A DNA stretch of 64,000 nucleotides from Marsupella aquatica. Taxonomy: Eukaryota > Plantae > Marchantiophyta. Positions within the stretch are counted from its first letter, which is position 1, and every line of letters starts with the position of its first letter. Under the pieces are notes generated by a model. That model was not told where the DNA came from. It saw nothing but the letters and a program-made list of their open reading frames with translations, and made no database searches. This document shows, piece after piece, positions 1 through 12,039 of the stretch. The stretch lies in the NCBI GenBank assembly GCA_973895155.1, contig OZ316892.1, positions 5,354,510-5,418,509 on the forward strand. Reading direction: 5' to 3'. The translations under genes and the position numbers were made by a program.

Positions 1-2198
1 GCAGCTCCGATTGGCTCCAGCCCAACGATTCCAACGTGTTTGTTGCACAACTGTGGTCATCAACACAAACAGGAAAAAAGTCGGACACATTTTCCAGCTC
101 AAACTGCTCAGACACAAGAACCCTTGCTCAGCCCAAAGCAATTGCAACAACGCAAATAAGTTTCAGAGAAACCAACGTATTCGAAGCGACGATTACAGGT
201 GGAACATCACCAAGTCAAGCATCTACAGCATAATTATCGCTGTTGTACAAACACCTGAATAAAATCTTAGACAACACCATTCCGTAGTTGGTGTCTCACT
301 ACTACAAAGATTGGCATGGGTAGTCCGCAAAAGTCCCATTGTTTGGTGCTAGTAATGAATTCTCTGTACAGCTCCACGAGACCAAATAAATGCTCCTACT
401 GTAAGTGTCCTAGACACTGTTCTATGAAAGGACTCATGATAGGCAGTACAAAACTTTATATAGAAGTCGAGTGTACATCAGTATATGTGCACATATTATT
501 TAACTCTACACATTATAGAAAGTACCAAAACAATTTAAATTCCACAAGGGCAAGTTATGTAATATTTCCAGTTACGTTCCCTGGCTTACTCCACTCACCC
601 AAGCAAAGGAACTTTCTCAAGTCACAGTAATAAAATTATTTGAGAACTTTCTAAGATCAGTACAAGTCTAAGGATGCCCATCTATTATCCATTTTGCAAG
701 AATGTCGAGAATTGATCCAAAAAATGATTGAAGTAGATATATCTGTGGTACAATAGGACCAGATTACCAAAAAAGCAAAACCAAATACAAAGGATTTAGA
801 GTAAAAGAGGTATAGTCACAGTCACAGAGAAGACAGTGAATTTTTGGCCATTTTGGTTGAGTTTTACATCTTTCACAAATTGCAGAGTAGTAATTCCCAG
901 TAAATTCACAACAGATTAATTTTCATTATGTTCATATGAAATATTCAAATTTGTGTTTTCTTATGTACTCTAGTTGCCTTGCAGGTGCCAACCTATATTT
1001 TCATTGTACTACTCATAATCACCTATGAGTTCATTATGGGATGCAATGCCCCAAACAACGAGACATTCAGCTTGAGCTTTGAGGGCTATTACTGCCCAAA
1101 ATGCTTCAAAACAACACCTTAGTACACTTAAAGATCTAATACATTTTAATTTTTCTTCTTAATTTTAGTGACAGTAGAGAAAGTCAGCATTATCCCTGTG
1201 ACAAATACCAAAAATAATAAAATCACGACAACGAGACATTCTTGAGGCGCTACTCTTGTCCAAAATGCCAAGATTTCAGTACGATTACTTTAAGAGATCT
1301 GTTTGCTTCTTCTTAATTTCAGTAACCGAGAGGAAAATCAGCATTATTGACATACAGCATACTAAGAGAAAAATGACGAAGGGCATTGAGAAAAGAAATT
1401 ATGGCGAAGGGCATTGAGGAAAGAAATTATGACGAAGGGCATTGAGAAAAGAAAAAATGGCGAAAGGCATTGAGAAAAGAAATTATGACGAAGGGCATTG
1501 AGCAAAGAAACTATGACGAAGGGCATCGAGAAAAGAAACTATGACGAAGGGCATTGAGAAAAGAAAAGAAAAGAAAATATGAAGAAGGGCATTGAGAAAA
1601 GAACTTTGACGAAGGGCATCGAGAAAAGAAACTATGACGAAGGGCATTGAGAAAAGAAAAAATGAGGAAGGGCATTGAGCCATTGAGAAAAGAAATAAAA
1701 GACACGCACCCTGTATGGCATGGAATAATTGCCTTCGGACGGCCATCTGCAGGCACGAACGTAGTGCCCCACCGTGCACACCTCTCGAGAAATCGCCATC
1801 AGCAGCCTTTGCGCCGTGGTCGCGTACAAGTACGTGAGCGCATCGCGAGTGTCGGTCACCTCCACTCCCAGCTTTTTGCACAGCTGAAGGTCCACCGCCT
1901 TCCTCACATCCTTGTGGTCGAAGGACGACACGATCTCCAAATTCGGCAGCTTCTTCACGAACCCTCTCTCGACCACCGTCGCATCGCAGTTCGGAGGCTG
2001 CTCGCACGTCACCACGCCTCGAATCGACGCTCCCTTCTTTGCCAGAAACGAAGCCTCGTCCTCCTGGTCCCCTAGCGTGAAGTAATCGTAGGGCCCCTCC
2101 AGCACCTCTCGCAGCCTTGGCACCACCGCCCCGATCTGGAGCAGTGCGGGCTTCGCTGCGGCCGCGGCGACCACCGTTGCTGTCGTCCCCATCCTCAT
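1..2198 (-). CDS. Divergent glyoxylate/hydroxypyruvate reductase (HPR2/HPPR)-like D-2-hydroxyacid dehydrogenase family protein, 5' part. Exon 1 is 2198(or 2291)-1710; exon 2 starts at 50 and runs off the window.
   Basis: Exon 1 encodes SIRGVV...LPNLEIVSSF...VDLQLCKKLGVEVTDT...YVRACRW. Donor AGG|gtgcgt at 1710/1709; acceptor ccacag|TTG at 51/50 gives LCNKHVGIVGLEPIGAA. The phase-0 intron falls just before the Rossmann motif (HPR2: FSGKSVGIIGLGRIG). Confidence 0.85.
1368..1695. repeat. Intronic minisatellite, about 29-31 bp unit (atgacgaagggcattgagaaaagaaa)
   Basis: About 10 near-identical tandem units read directly, immediately after the exon 1 donor of the HPR-like gene. Confidence 0.95.
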
Positions 2199-3367
2199 CC
2201 GACTGCGGGGAGCCAGAATGGTCGAGTAATTAGAACTTCTCGCTGAGAGAGGAGAGTTTCTCGGCGGCAGCTGAATTTTTCCAGAAGCCATGACTGTGAA
2301 GCTACGACATGAGACCAGGCAATAGAGCCTCTAAAATCTGGCAGACTACTGTTGTAAGGTCCAATTTTGGGGATTGCAAGGGTACGGCGACTGAATCCCC
2401 TGCGCTGCAAATAAGGTAAATGGTATTTCTCAGACTGATAAGCCCCATTGCAATTCGATCGGCAAATCTGAGAAAGTTTTGCCCACCTCGGGCCGAGCAT
2501 GCGGTAGAAAGGTCACGAGGTCACAAAGCGTGCATGAAAAATTTAACAATAACAAAGAATTTGATTCAGGAACCAGGACGATCACACTGATAGATCATGT
2601 CTAGTAGCTAGTATGCAATTCGAAAGCTATTAAATCCAGTGCACTAGTCAAGAAGAAAATAATCGCGACTGCCCATAAGCTTTGTCAAAAACGACATGCT
2701 TAACAATACCAGTAGAACAATTAAACTAGAACAGCTGAACTGGTCAACTGTCAATGTCGGAGAACTCACTGCAATGAAATCAGTTCCCACCACGAAGAGG
2801 GAGGACAAACGCAAAATTCAAAATATGCTCGTAAAACCGACCTGCAAAGGCCAAATGATGAGTCTGTATGGAGTCGGAGTTGCCCACCTTATAGAGAGCT
2901 CGCTTGTTGGATATGTGTCCCAAAATCAATCAGATCCAGGACGAAAGGGTTTATAAACTACCGCCAATGCCGTATTATCCAAGATAGCTCCTGTAGCCCT
3001 ATGAATCTCGATCGATCAAGAGGCCTCACTCACTCACCACATCACAGCGTTATGTGGGGCTCTGAGCAGTGAAAGCCACCGCGGCCTTCAATTTGGATCA
3101 GTTGATCGATGAAGACACTCCTGATAAATTCTGACGAGTTCACTACAATTGATCGAACTGTAGGAAGTCGTGAAGTGCAGATAGGACCTCAACTGGCCGG
3201 GGTAATCTGCTAGGGCTGAGACTAACTTCACAACAAGTCGAAGAGCCCTTGATTTATCCCTGTGACATCCTCATAACACCGCATTCCCACTCCAACCAAC
3301 AGACTGCAAAACCCCGAAATAGGGATGAACGAAGGATGCACACGTATACCTCAGAGCAGACTCCGAC

Positions 3368-4318
3368 AGAGACACATCCACAATCCACCACAGCAAAGTC
3401 TGTACTATGTTCAACAAGACGAACAACGTTCGTAAAAAGTTCGATCAGAACCACCACCCGCAGGCTAATCAACCAACCAATCGATCAATCTGACTTGGAG
3501 AAACACGTCCACAATCCACCACAGCAACTGTACTCTAGTCCAACAAAGTCTCCGAAAGAACACCGTTCGAAAGTAGACTAATCAATCACTCAAATCACTC
3601 TTGGAGTCCACACTCCACCACAGCAACTGTGCAAAGTCTAGTCCAACACATTCTCCAGAAGAACACCGATCGAAAGTCCCATCAAACCACCACCGTAGGC
3701 TAATCAAGGAATCAATCAGTCTTCGAGAAACACGTCCACACTCCACTACAGCAACTGTACTCTAATCCAACAAAGTCTCTCCAAGATCACCGTTCGAAAG
3801 TTCCATCAAACCACCACCGTAGGCTATCAATCAATCAACCAGTCTTGCAGAAACACATCCACACCCCACCACAGCTAGCAACTGGAATCTACCAAAGTCG
3901 CCAGAAGTCAGAACACCGGTCGAAAGTTCGATCACTCAGAACGACCACCGTAAGCTATTGTATTCAATCAACCAACCTTGGAGAAACACATCCACAATCC
4001 ACCACAGCAACTCTCCAGCCTCTCAGGCCTTTTAACAACTGAAGGCACAAAAAGTCTGCGGTAAAATTTGATCCACAGCAAACGTACTTTCAAAAGCTGC
4101 GACCCTCGAGACTGCGTACTCAAAGTAGTCCAACAAAGTCTCCAGAAGTCAGAACAACGTTAGAAAGTTCGATCACTCAGAACCCCCACCGTAGGCTAGT
4201 CAATCAATCAGCCTTGGAGAAACACGGCCACAATCCACCACGCAACTCTGAATAGTCCAACAAAGTCCCAAGAAGTCAGAAAAACGTTCCAAAGTGCGAT
4301 CACAACCCCACCACAGAA
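3368..4318. repeat. Degenerate tandem array, about 120 bp unit, about 8 copies
   Basis: Recurring gagaaacacgtccacaatccaccacagcaact...gtccaacaaagtctcc...ttcgaaagt...ccaccgtaggctaatcaatc at about 3368, 3497, 3604, 3725, 3848, 3981, 4120 (partial) and 4217. Confidence 0.9.
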
Positions 4319-4784
4319 AAATCACTGAACCAGACAACCACACAATCCATCAACCTTCGTCGCAAGACTCTACAAACTGCCAATCGAATTCCACCAACTT
4401 CCGATTTCAGTGCGAATCGAGAGAAAGAGCAACAACATTATCACTAAAAGCAGTGCTGTACCTGGTTTTTTCCTCTCTCAGTAAACTCACAGTTCGAGAC
4501 AAGCAGAAAGAGAATGAGCTCAACATCTCACTAAGAACTCGATTTCCATGTCAATAGCTACGCATCGGGAGTGTGCACGTACATTCAGGAAGTTTCTAGC
4601 GTAGATTACGAGGATCGGGAGCCAGCTGCCAGACTCTCGTCTTCGTCAAATTCTAGCTACAGTGCTGTTTTCCATTGCAGACTCAGCAAAGAGGCATGCA
4701 GAGAGGATATCGGCGTGGCCCAGAGAGCGAAGTGGGGCTCGACATTAATTTTGTCTCAAAGCCAGCATCACAATACTTAGTCAT

Positions 4785-4925
4785 GTCTTTCACGTGACAT
4801 TCCTTATGTAATTGGCCATACGTTGCTTGCTTTCACGTGATATTCCTTTATGTAATTGGCCATACTTTGCTTGCATTCACGTGATATTGCGTATGGTGTA
4901 ATTGGCCATACTTTGCTTACTCTCA
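4785..4925. repeat. About 40 bp tandem repeat (ttcacgtgatattccttatgtaattggccatactttgctt); related copies at about 5575-5670 and 6770-7030
   Basis: Three or four direct copies here and degenerate copies in two nearby blocks. Confidence 0.85.
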
Positions 4926-5754
4926 CGTGGGTATAGTTGTAACGTGCTAGCTCAGTAGCTCCACTTGCCTAATAAGATTACTCCCCAACCTTTGTGCTTG
5001 TCCTCCATTGCCAATAAACCTATGTGTGTGACCCTCTTATGCAGTTCACACCCTAGCTTTAGGGCCAACTTGCATGTGGGGCCTTAAGCAATGCGACAGC
5101 TGCAGTTAAAATATTAGGCCAAAAGGAAGTCTCCGATACTGACAAGGCAGACGGCATGAGTACAAGAAGGCAGAAAATGCAAGGTCGCGGCCTGCAAGAG
5201 CCGAAAAGGTTTTAGCCCTTCCTTGGAAGAAAGTTTCCAGCCCTTGCCCTTGGGACTTCATAAAACCAGTGTCAGGCTCGGTGTAGAAGGGGGATGTGGC
5301 AGAAAACTCTCCTCCATACATAGCGCGACATACTGAAGTTTAGGGCCGGATTTTTGACGACCCTTTGCGTGCAAGTTGACTCTTACCAGGCTCTTCAGGA
5401 TGCTGATAGGTAGGGTTTAGGTACCTGTTTAGGTTTGTGTGTTTCTGGTTTTTCTTTTGTTGGGCTTCAATCTGCCCTGATCTTTTTAGCTTTGTTCTCC
5501 CTTGATTGAGTTTTATTCTCATGGGATCATGTCTCTTGGTTGAGCGTGTTTTGCTTTTTGACAGTTTCAAATATACTTTCATGTGATATTCATTAATATG
5601 TACTTTGCTTGCTTTCACATGATATTGCATAACTATGTGATAATTGATTGACCATATTTTGCTTACTTTGGTGTGGGTACGTAGTCGTAGCTTGCTAGCT
5701 CCCGTTGCTGGTAATAAGATTACTCAAAATAAACCATGTGTATACATCAGTTTT

Positions 5755-6098
5755 TGTTAGATATTGCTTTAGTCTTGTGACTCATGAGCTAACCACAGTT
5801 AGGCTAACTCGGGTTAGGACTTAGCTAATGTTAGCGGTAGTGCTGTTGTGTATATAGCCAGGGCTGGTTCCAGCCCCTGGTGGGACTAAGGCTCATTGTT
5901 ACGAAGCTAGTTGAGAGATAGGGAGAGCTTGTGCTGTGGATGCTTGGTATGGCCGGTCGACCTAGAGTGCAGTAAAGCTCTTGTGTGTTCCCGTGGACGT
6001 AGTCTCATGTGGAGGTGAACCACGTATCTCTCTGTGTCGACTCTTGTGCGTTGGATGGTTCATGGGCTTGCAGTTACGAATGTCGCCTATGCTCAACA
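5755..6098 (+). mobile_element. Solo LTR (344 bp), copy 1
   Basis: Starts TGTTAG and ends CTCAACA. Flanked by 5-bp TSD GTTTT (5750-5754 and 6099-6103). Highly similar to 28234-28577. Orientation is nominal. Confidence 0.93.
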
Positions 6099-8527
6099 GT
6101 TTTCTTTGAAACCAATTGTAGCTTAGTTTTCTTTGAAACCTATATTGGTGCAAATTTGAAGCAAACCTTAGTTTGTAGAAACATTTGGAAGTGTACTAGC
6201 TTTAGACGGGCAACCTCTGCATAATTATGTGTTTGAATCCAATGCCCCCTGCTGTTTGTGAGCCATGCATGCATCCTAACTCATGACTGGACTTTGGTTA
6301 ATTAGCCATACAAAGTCAAATTTAGAAAAGCAATTGAAACCTTTAAGGGACCAATATGTGGTCTTAGAAACTTGGTGCAAATTTGATGACATGAAAGTTT
6401 TTAAAGCCAGATTTTTTTTTCACAAAGATGCACACATGAGTCCTCTCCCCGGTCCTCTCTACGTAAGGTAGTTTACAGATAGTACACCATATATTTTTTC
6501 ATAGGAAGGAAACTCCATAAGTATGCACCACTTTGCTAGAAAAGTCCCTAGCTAGCCAAAGCTTGATCTCAAATGTCTTAACCAGTTTTGTGTCGTTTGT
6601 AGTGAAACCCAATTCTAAGAGTCCTCTTTAGCCATATGGAGTCTTAGACATGCAAAAGTTAGCCAAAATTAAAAGGCAGTAAGAACCACCCCTGTGACTT
6701 GCTAATAATATTCTCCTGGCTGCCTAGCAAAAGTACGTTGTTGTCTGCTTGCATCATACAATACCTCCTTTCACATTCATATGTAATTGGCCATACTTTG
6801 CTTACTGTATGTAATTGGCCAGACTTTGTCCATAATATCTGTATTTCTTGCATGATATTTCATAATTATGTAATTGGCTACAAGTTGCTTACAGTATGTC
6901 TTTCATGTGATAGTCCTTATATAATTGGCCATACTTTGCCCATAGTATGTGTGTTTCTTGCATGATAATTATATGTTCCACTCCATACTTTGCTTGCAGT
7001 ATGTCATTCCTGTGATATTCTGTCTGTAATTATAGTATATATCACTCCAAGAGAACAGACAACGCCTTCGGTCCGGGGGCCAGGATCCCAAAGGCGAACA
7101 ACCCAATAGAGGAGGGAAAATAGTGCCTCTATGTTTAGCATCTACACAAAACAGGCCACCATGCAGACAGCCTACATTGGAGGCCTCACATCTGTTAATA
7201 GGCAGGTCTGTGACTAACCTCAAACCCTAAAGTGAACAAATATTCTCCTTTCTTTGTGGATAGTCTATGGTTCGCGCAAAGGGCTTTATGAATGAACTTT
7301 GCCTTCTAGAACTGAGGTCTGTGTGACATCCCCTCTTTGCATCTAGTTTTTAACAGCATTAACACACCAACAAAAACTAGAGATTTGTAAAACAATTGGC
7401 TATCCATAAAGTGTATCTTTTTTTTTTCTCAAAACTGGTAGATAGTTGTATAAATTTGTTTATCAGTCATATATATATTTTTCAAAAGAAGTAAAAGTGC
7501 AAAGGGCTTCATGACTTCAGCTTCTAGAAGTGAGGTCCCACGGTTTAAACGGCTGGAATGCCCTTGAAACCTGCATTTGTTTTTACCTCATTTGATTAGG
7601 CCCTGTTCTGAGTACATGGTAATAATGGACAGCTTCTATTATTCCGCTCAAATACAGGTTTGAGTTTCAGCCCCCACTTCTACTAAAGGTGGCTTTACAA
7701 GAAGTTGGGGGTAGTTTTCACTTTTGTTTTCTCCAAGATCTGATCAGAGCCATCCATTTGAGAGAAATTGCTGTTGTTCACTGTACAAAACGTTGGGGGC
7801 ACGGGAACCTCTAACCAATCTTACATGGAATGTAGTGGGGCCCAATGTTTGCTTATGTGGAGCACTCTTTTGTCCTAAGTAGATTTTAGACCACCTCTCT
7901 TGGAGGTCTCTTCTTGCAGGCTCTTGGTCCATTTCTATTTTAAGTCATTTGCATTAAATAGGGACCCACAAGTACTTCACAAGATCTTCTCTTCGCACAT
8001 CTAGAAAGACTTTAGCCAAAGACTAGGTGACATTCGGGTGGAGTGGGTCCTCAATCTATCTTTTAGTAAATTAATTTGGCACCACTAGCTGCACTTGGCT
8101 TCACAAGACCTTGGGGGCAATAAAAGTATTCAAAAAATGCTTTTAGCCCCAGGACACTATATTTAGTGTGTGCAATGGCCCTTCACTTTGCTTTTTGGTG
8201 AAAAAAATTCCCAAGTGCCCCAGTCTTGTAAAGTACTCCTAATTCATCTTTATCAGTCAAGTATGTTGCCAAAACCTAGCCTACCTAAAGCCCCTGGCCC
8301 TGAGTCACTCATTGTAGTCTAACACGACTCACCTGTGAACGCCCCCCCTCTAAGACCCTTCTTTATGTTTTATATTTTAAAAATTGTCTTATTAAGATTA
8401 ACAGACTATTTCAGAGCCATTATTTACTCTAGGCAGTAGGCCTAAAAGGTAGTTTTGGATCACGATTGTATACTTATATACACCTTCAAATGTAATATAG
8501 CGATGCTCTCTCAGCAGATGTCATTAA

Positions 8528-8646
8528 TTTTTAGGGTTTCCTTTTGCTCACTTCTTTTGCGTTTGGTTTTGTCCACTTGGGACCTCTCTTGTTTATTCTT
8601 TTGTACTCTATTTGGCCTTTTTCTGTATAAAGTATGTGTATATTCT
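8528..8646 (+). mobile_element. 5'-truncated 3'-end copy of the CRE-like retrotransposon at 42897-46305
   Basis: Matches the reverse complement of the element's last 119 nt with one mismatch by eye. Flanked by an ATTAA(T) duplication. Confidence 0.92.
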
Positions 8647-9547
8647 CTTATTAATATTTATAAACTAAGGTGAGGTTGCTCTCAGCAGATGTCATGAATA
8701 TTCATAAACTAAGGTCAGCATATATATATACGAACAGGGTTGCATTTATTTATTAGTCTCTCACAATTCCCTAACCTGTTGCTATGCTGTTGTATTGGCG
8801 TTTCAGTGCACCGGCTCAGATAACGTACCAGGCCCACCAGCCCACCTGCCTCAAAGTACTTTTGGGGCATCGCTGTGGCCCATGCCCTGCCGTGAAAAGT
8901 TAATTTTGATTCGTTGCAGATTATTAATAATGCAATGCAATAAAAACATTCTTAGATTGACCGTTTAAAACAATGTATGGAATAATAATATGAAATTATA
9001 ATACGAAGATGTATTACAAGTTTTCCCCTAGTTTCACTGTTTTATTTTTAATTATTTTTTAATTATGAATATATTGCCGGTCGGTGATTGCCTTTTCATT
9101 TTAAATTATTTGTCTCTATTTCAAATAAAAGGTGCTGGTGCACCAAATGAATCCCAGGGGGGAGATATTTTTTGTTTAGAGCAAAGTCCTTAATATCGTG
9201 GCTCACACACCATTCTTTGTAAGGCCAAGGTGGTTGATTTTAGGGCCTTTTGTCAAATTTCTCTCTGTGACTTTTCTATGCTCCAGTTTACTCTGGAGCT
9301 CTACCAAGCTTAGTTAATTTCCAATTTGTTGATAAGTAGGACTTTTTTACAGTGATATATCTCTTGGAAAGAAGAAAAGCAGGTGTGTGTATTGTGCCCA
9401 CAAGCTTGGTAACTCAAGCTGACCCTGAAGTAGTCAGTTGGTGTGGTTGTGTCATCTACACTACAATTTGAAATCAAAATCTACCATTAACTACCTACTC
9501 CATAGAGTGCAGCTCTAGATGATACTGTCTTTCTCTTGTAATAGTTT

Positions 9548-9945
9548 GTTTTTATACATAGGCTATGCTTGTGAGTAAGGACTGGAATGAGGAGTCCTTG
9601 TAAGCATTCAAGCTTGGCAACTCAAGCTCGTTTTTATACGTAGGCTATGCTTGTGAGTAAGGACTGGAATGAGGAGTCCTTGGAAGCATTCAAGCTTGGC
9701 AACTCAAGCTCATGCTGAAGTAGTAAGTTGGTGTCATCTATACTATAATTTGCAATCAACCATGAATCATGACCTACTCCATAGAGTGAAGCATTAGATC
9801 ACAATTTCTCTATACTATAATTTGCAATCAACCACAAATCATGACCTAGTGAAGCATTAGATCACAATTTCTCTATACTATAATTTGCAATCAACCACGA
9901 ATCATGACCTACTCCATAGAGTGAAGCATTATATCATAATTTCTC
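9548..9945. repeat. Local tandem duplications (two copies of about 80 bp, then three of about 60-70 bp)
   Basis: tttttatacataggctatgcttgtgagtaaggactgg... occurs twice; tatactataatttgcaatcaacc...gaagcattagatcacaatttctc occurs three times. Confidence 0.85.
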
Positions 9946-11400
9946 TGGACCACTTTGTTTTTATATTTAGATTATGCTAGTGAATCAAGACTGGAAGGAG
10001 GAGTCTGGGTTCAAGGAACCTTTGCTGTGCATACACGAGAGTCTGGGTTCAAGGAACCTTTCCTGTGCATACACGAGTATCTTGTTGATACAACTCGTGA
10101 AACCCAGCAAGTTGAAACCCAACAAGTTGTGGTTTCGAATCTTCTCTCCTTTATTGGGTCTCCAGCAGTTTGGATAGTGGTTTTTGGCATCATGACTTTT
10201 GGCAGTGTGTTATATAGTTTAGTCTCAGAAACAAGAGTTTTTAATCTCAAAGAAATTCATGTGAACGTCCTTTCCTGGAGCACTCGGAAAATGGTCAAGC
10301 CAACATTATTTTAGTTAGTAGATATCCAAATGCAGGACATAGAAAGTACAACTTCAGCACACAAAACCATAAAATACAAGTCAGGCCAGTCAGGCAGGAC
10401 CAAAGTCTCTGCCTGTGGGTCCCTGGTCCCCGACAGAGCATGGGTCCCTGGTCCCCACCATAGCAAAGCGTGAATTTCAGTACAAAAGGTTTCAAAGGTG
10501 GATAACGCCATTGACCAAAGTCATAATGGACAAAGTGGAAATGGAGGTATGATCCAGATTACTTCAAGTGCACTTTTCTGAACTTTTCAAAGTGGGCATG
10601 ATGATCGTCTAGGATGGATTGTAAGCTGAGATCGTTATCTCTTGAGATCCAAGTTTTTCCTCTAACATTCATTGTGCTCTGCATCTTTGACGATCCCATG
10701 CCCCTGCTTGGGTTCTGTAGACTGTTCTTTCTACTGCTCATTCAAGCTTTGCTCATATGAAAGTATAAAGAACAGTACAGTTTGAAGCAGACAACTCGTG
10801 CCAAATACCACGATGCTTGTGCCAGCTCGACCTGGCAATTGTGTTGGTCTGCCAGGTTTCATGCCCTTGGGTCAGTCCGCTAAATCTCCAGTGCTTACCT
10901 CCCAAGTGTATCATTCCTGCTAACACAATCAGCGGCGTTCAGATTCTGCCAGCTTGATTGCCTGCTTATGCTGCCCAGAGAGCGAACATCCTCTACGTCT
11001 ATCTTCTCAATTTTTTCAAAATCCTGTGTGGGGAAAGCGATTTTCCCGAGAGCTGACTCAATTTCCGCTTTCAACTTAAAGTGACTCCTACATTTCCTGT
11101 GCCAATGGACTACAACTCCAGTGAGATGTAGCTAACAAACAAAAAATCCTCTGACAAATAGCTGGGGATAACTCTACGAGTTGTTCTCATTTCTCCCCTA
11201 TTGAAAAAACCTTTGGTCATATCTTGATGGATATTGACAAAGCCCCCAAGAAGTGTTTCAATCAACCGATTTGAGTCAAGCTTAATTGTTGCCTAGTTCA
11301 GAAACAGTCCAGGTTACCCAATGATCTGCTCAGAACACAGTCCTTGAAGCTCTCCCAATCCATCCGCTTCCCAAGATTTCATGTAGGAGATTCCAGGTTC

Positions 11401-12008
11401 TCAATCTTCGCCATCATCTCCATTACCTGCCTGCTGATGACTTATTTTTTGTGCACGATACATTTCTGCAACCTGCAGGTCGGGATGGGAATTATGTTTA
11501 GTATTAGATTAGATAATATGAAGAGTTTTACATCAAATACCTGCTCTGAAAAACCCTTAGGGAGTGTAAAGTAGATGCCATTTCACCAGTACCTGCTCTG
11601 ATGTAGTGGCTTCTTCAGGTTTCTTGTCTTCACGTACACGCAACAGTCGTGGAAACCGCAGAGATATGCCCTGTAAATGCGAAACATCAATGCTTTTTCG
11701 GTTGACAACCGATCACCATAAAGCGGAATCAATCAATTACAATCTGTAATTCAGATTTATAACAGGATAAAGTGGGAAGTTCTTAATTATAAAGACGCAA
11801 ACAGGAAAAGTGAAAAGGGGAACGCACTTTATTGGGGTCCACCAAACCATTAGCAGCTCGATGAACAGGACTGATTGTCAGATCAGCGGCCTTTACTTCC
11901 CAGACCTGCGATGTGAATTGAATGACATGTAAGACTTTGTAAACATGCGTGCAAACTTAAGTCCGACCCTGAGTCAGTCCCCACTTTTCGCAAGGATCAA
12001 CATCACGG

Positions 12009-12039
<31 letters not shown>

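Noticed and set aside
3368-4318. CRISPR-like repeat-spacer array (also considered for 30075-31580)
   Set aside because: The variable segments are homologous to one another rather than unique spacers, the repeats are degenerate, the context is eukaryotic and no cas genes are present.
5106-5321. ORF ending CQYRRLPFGL, resembling an RT motif
   Set aside because: No flanking RT motifs; it may be chance or an unassignable TE scrap.
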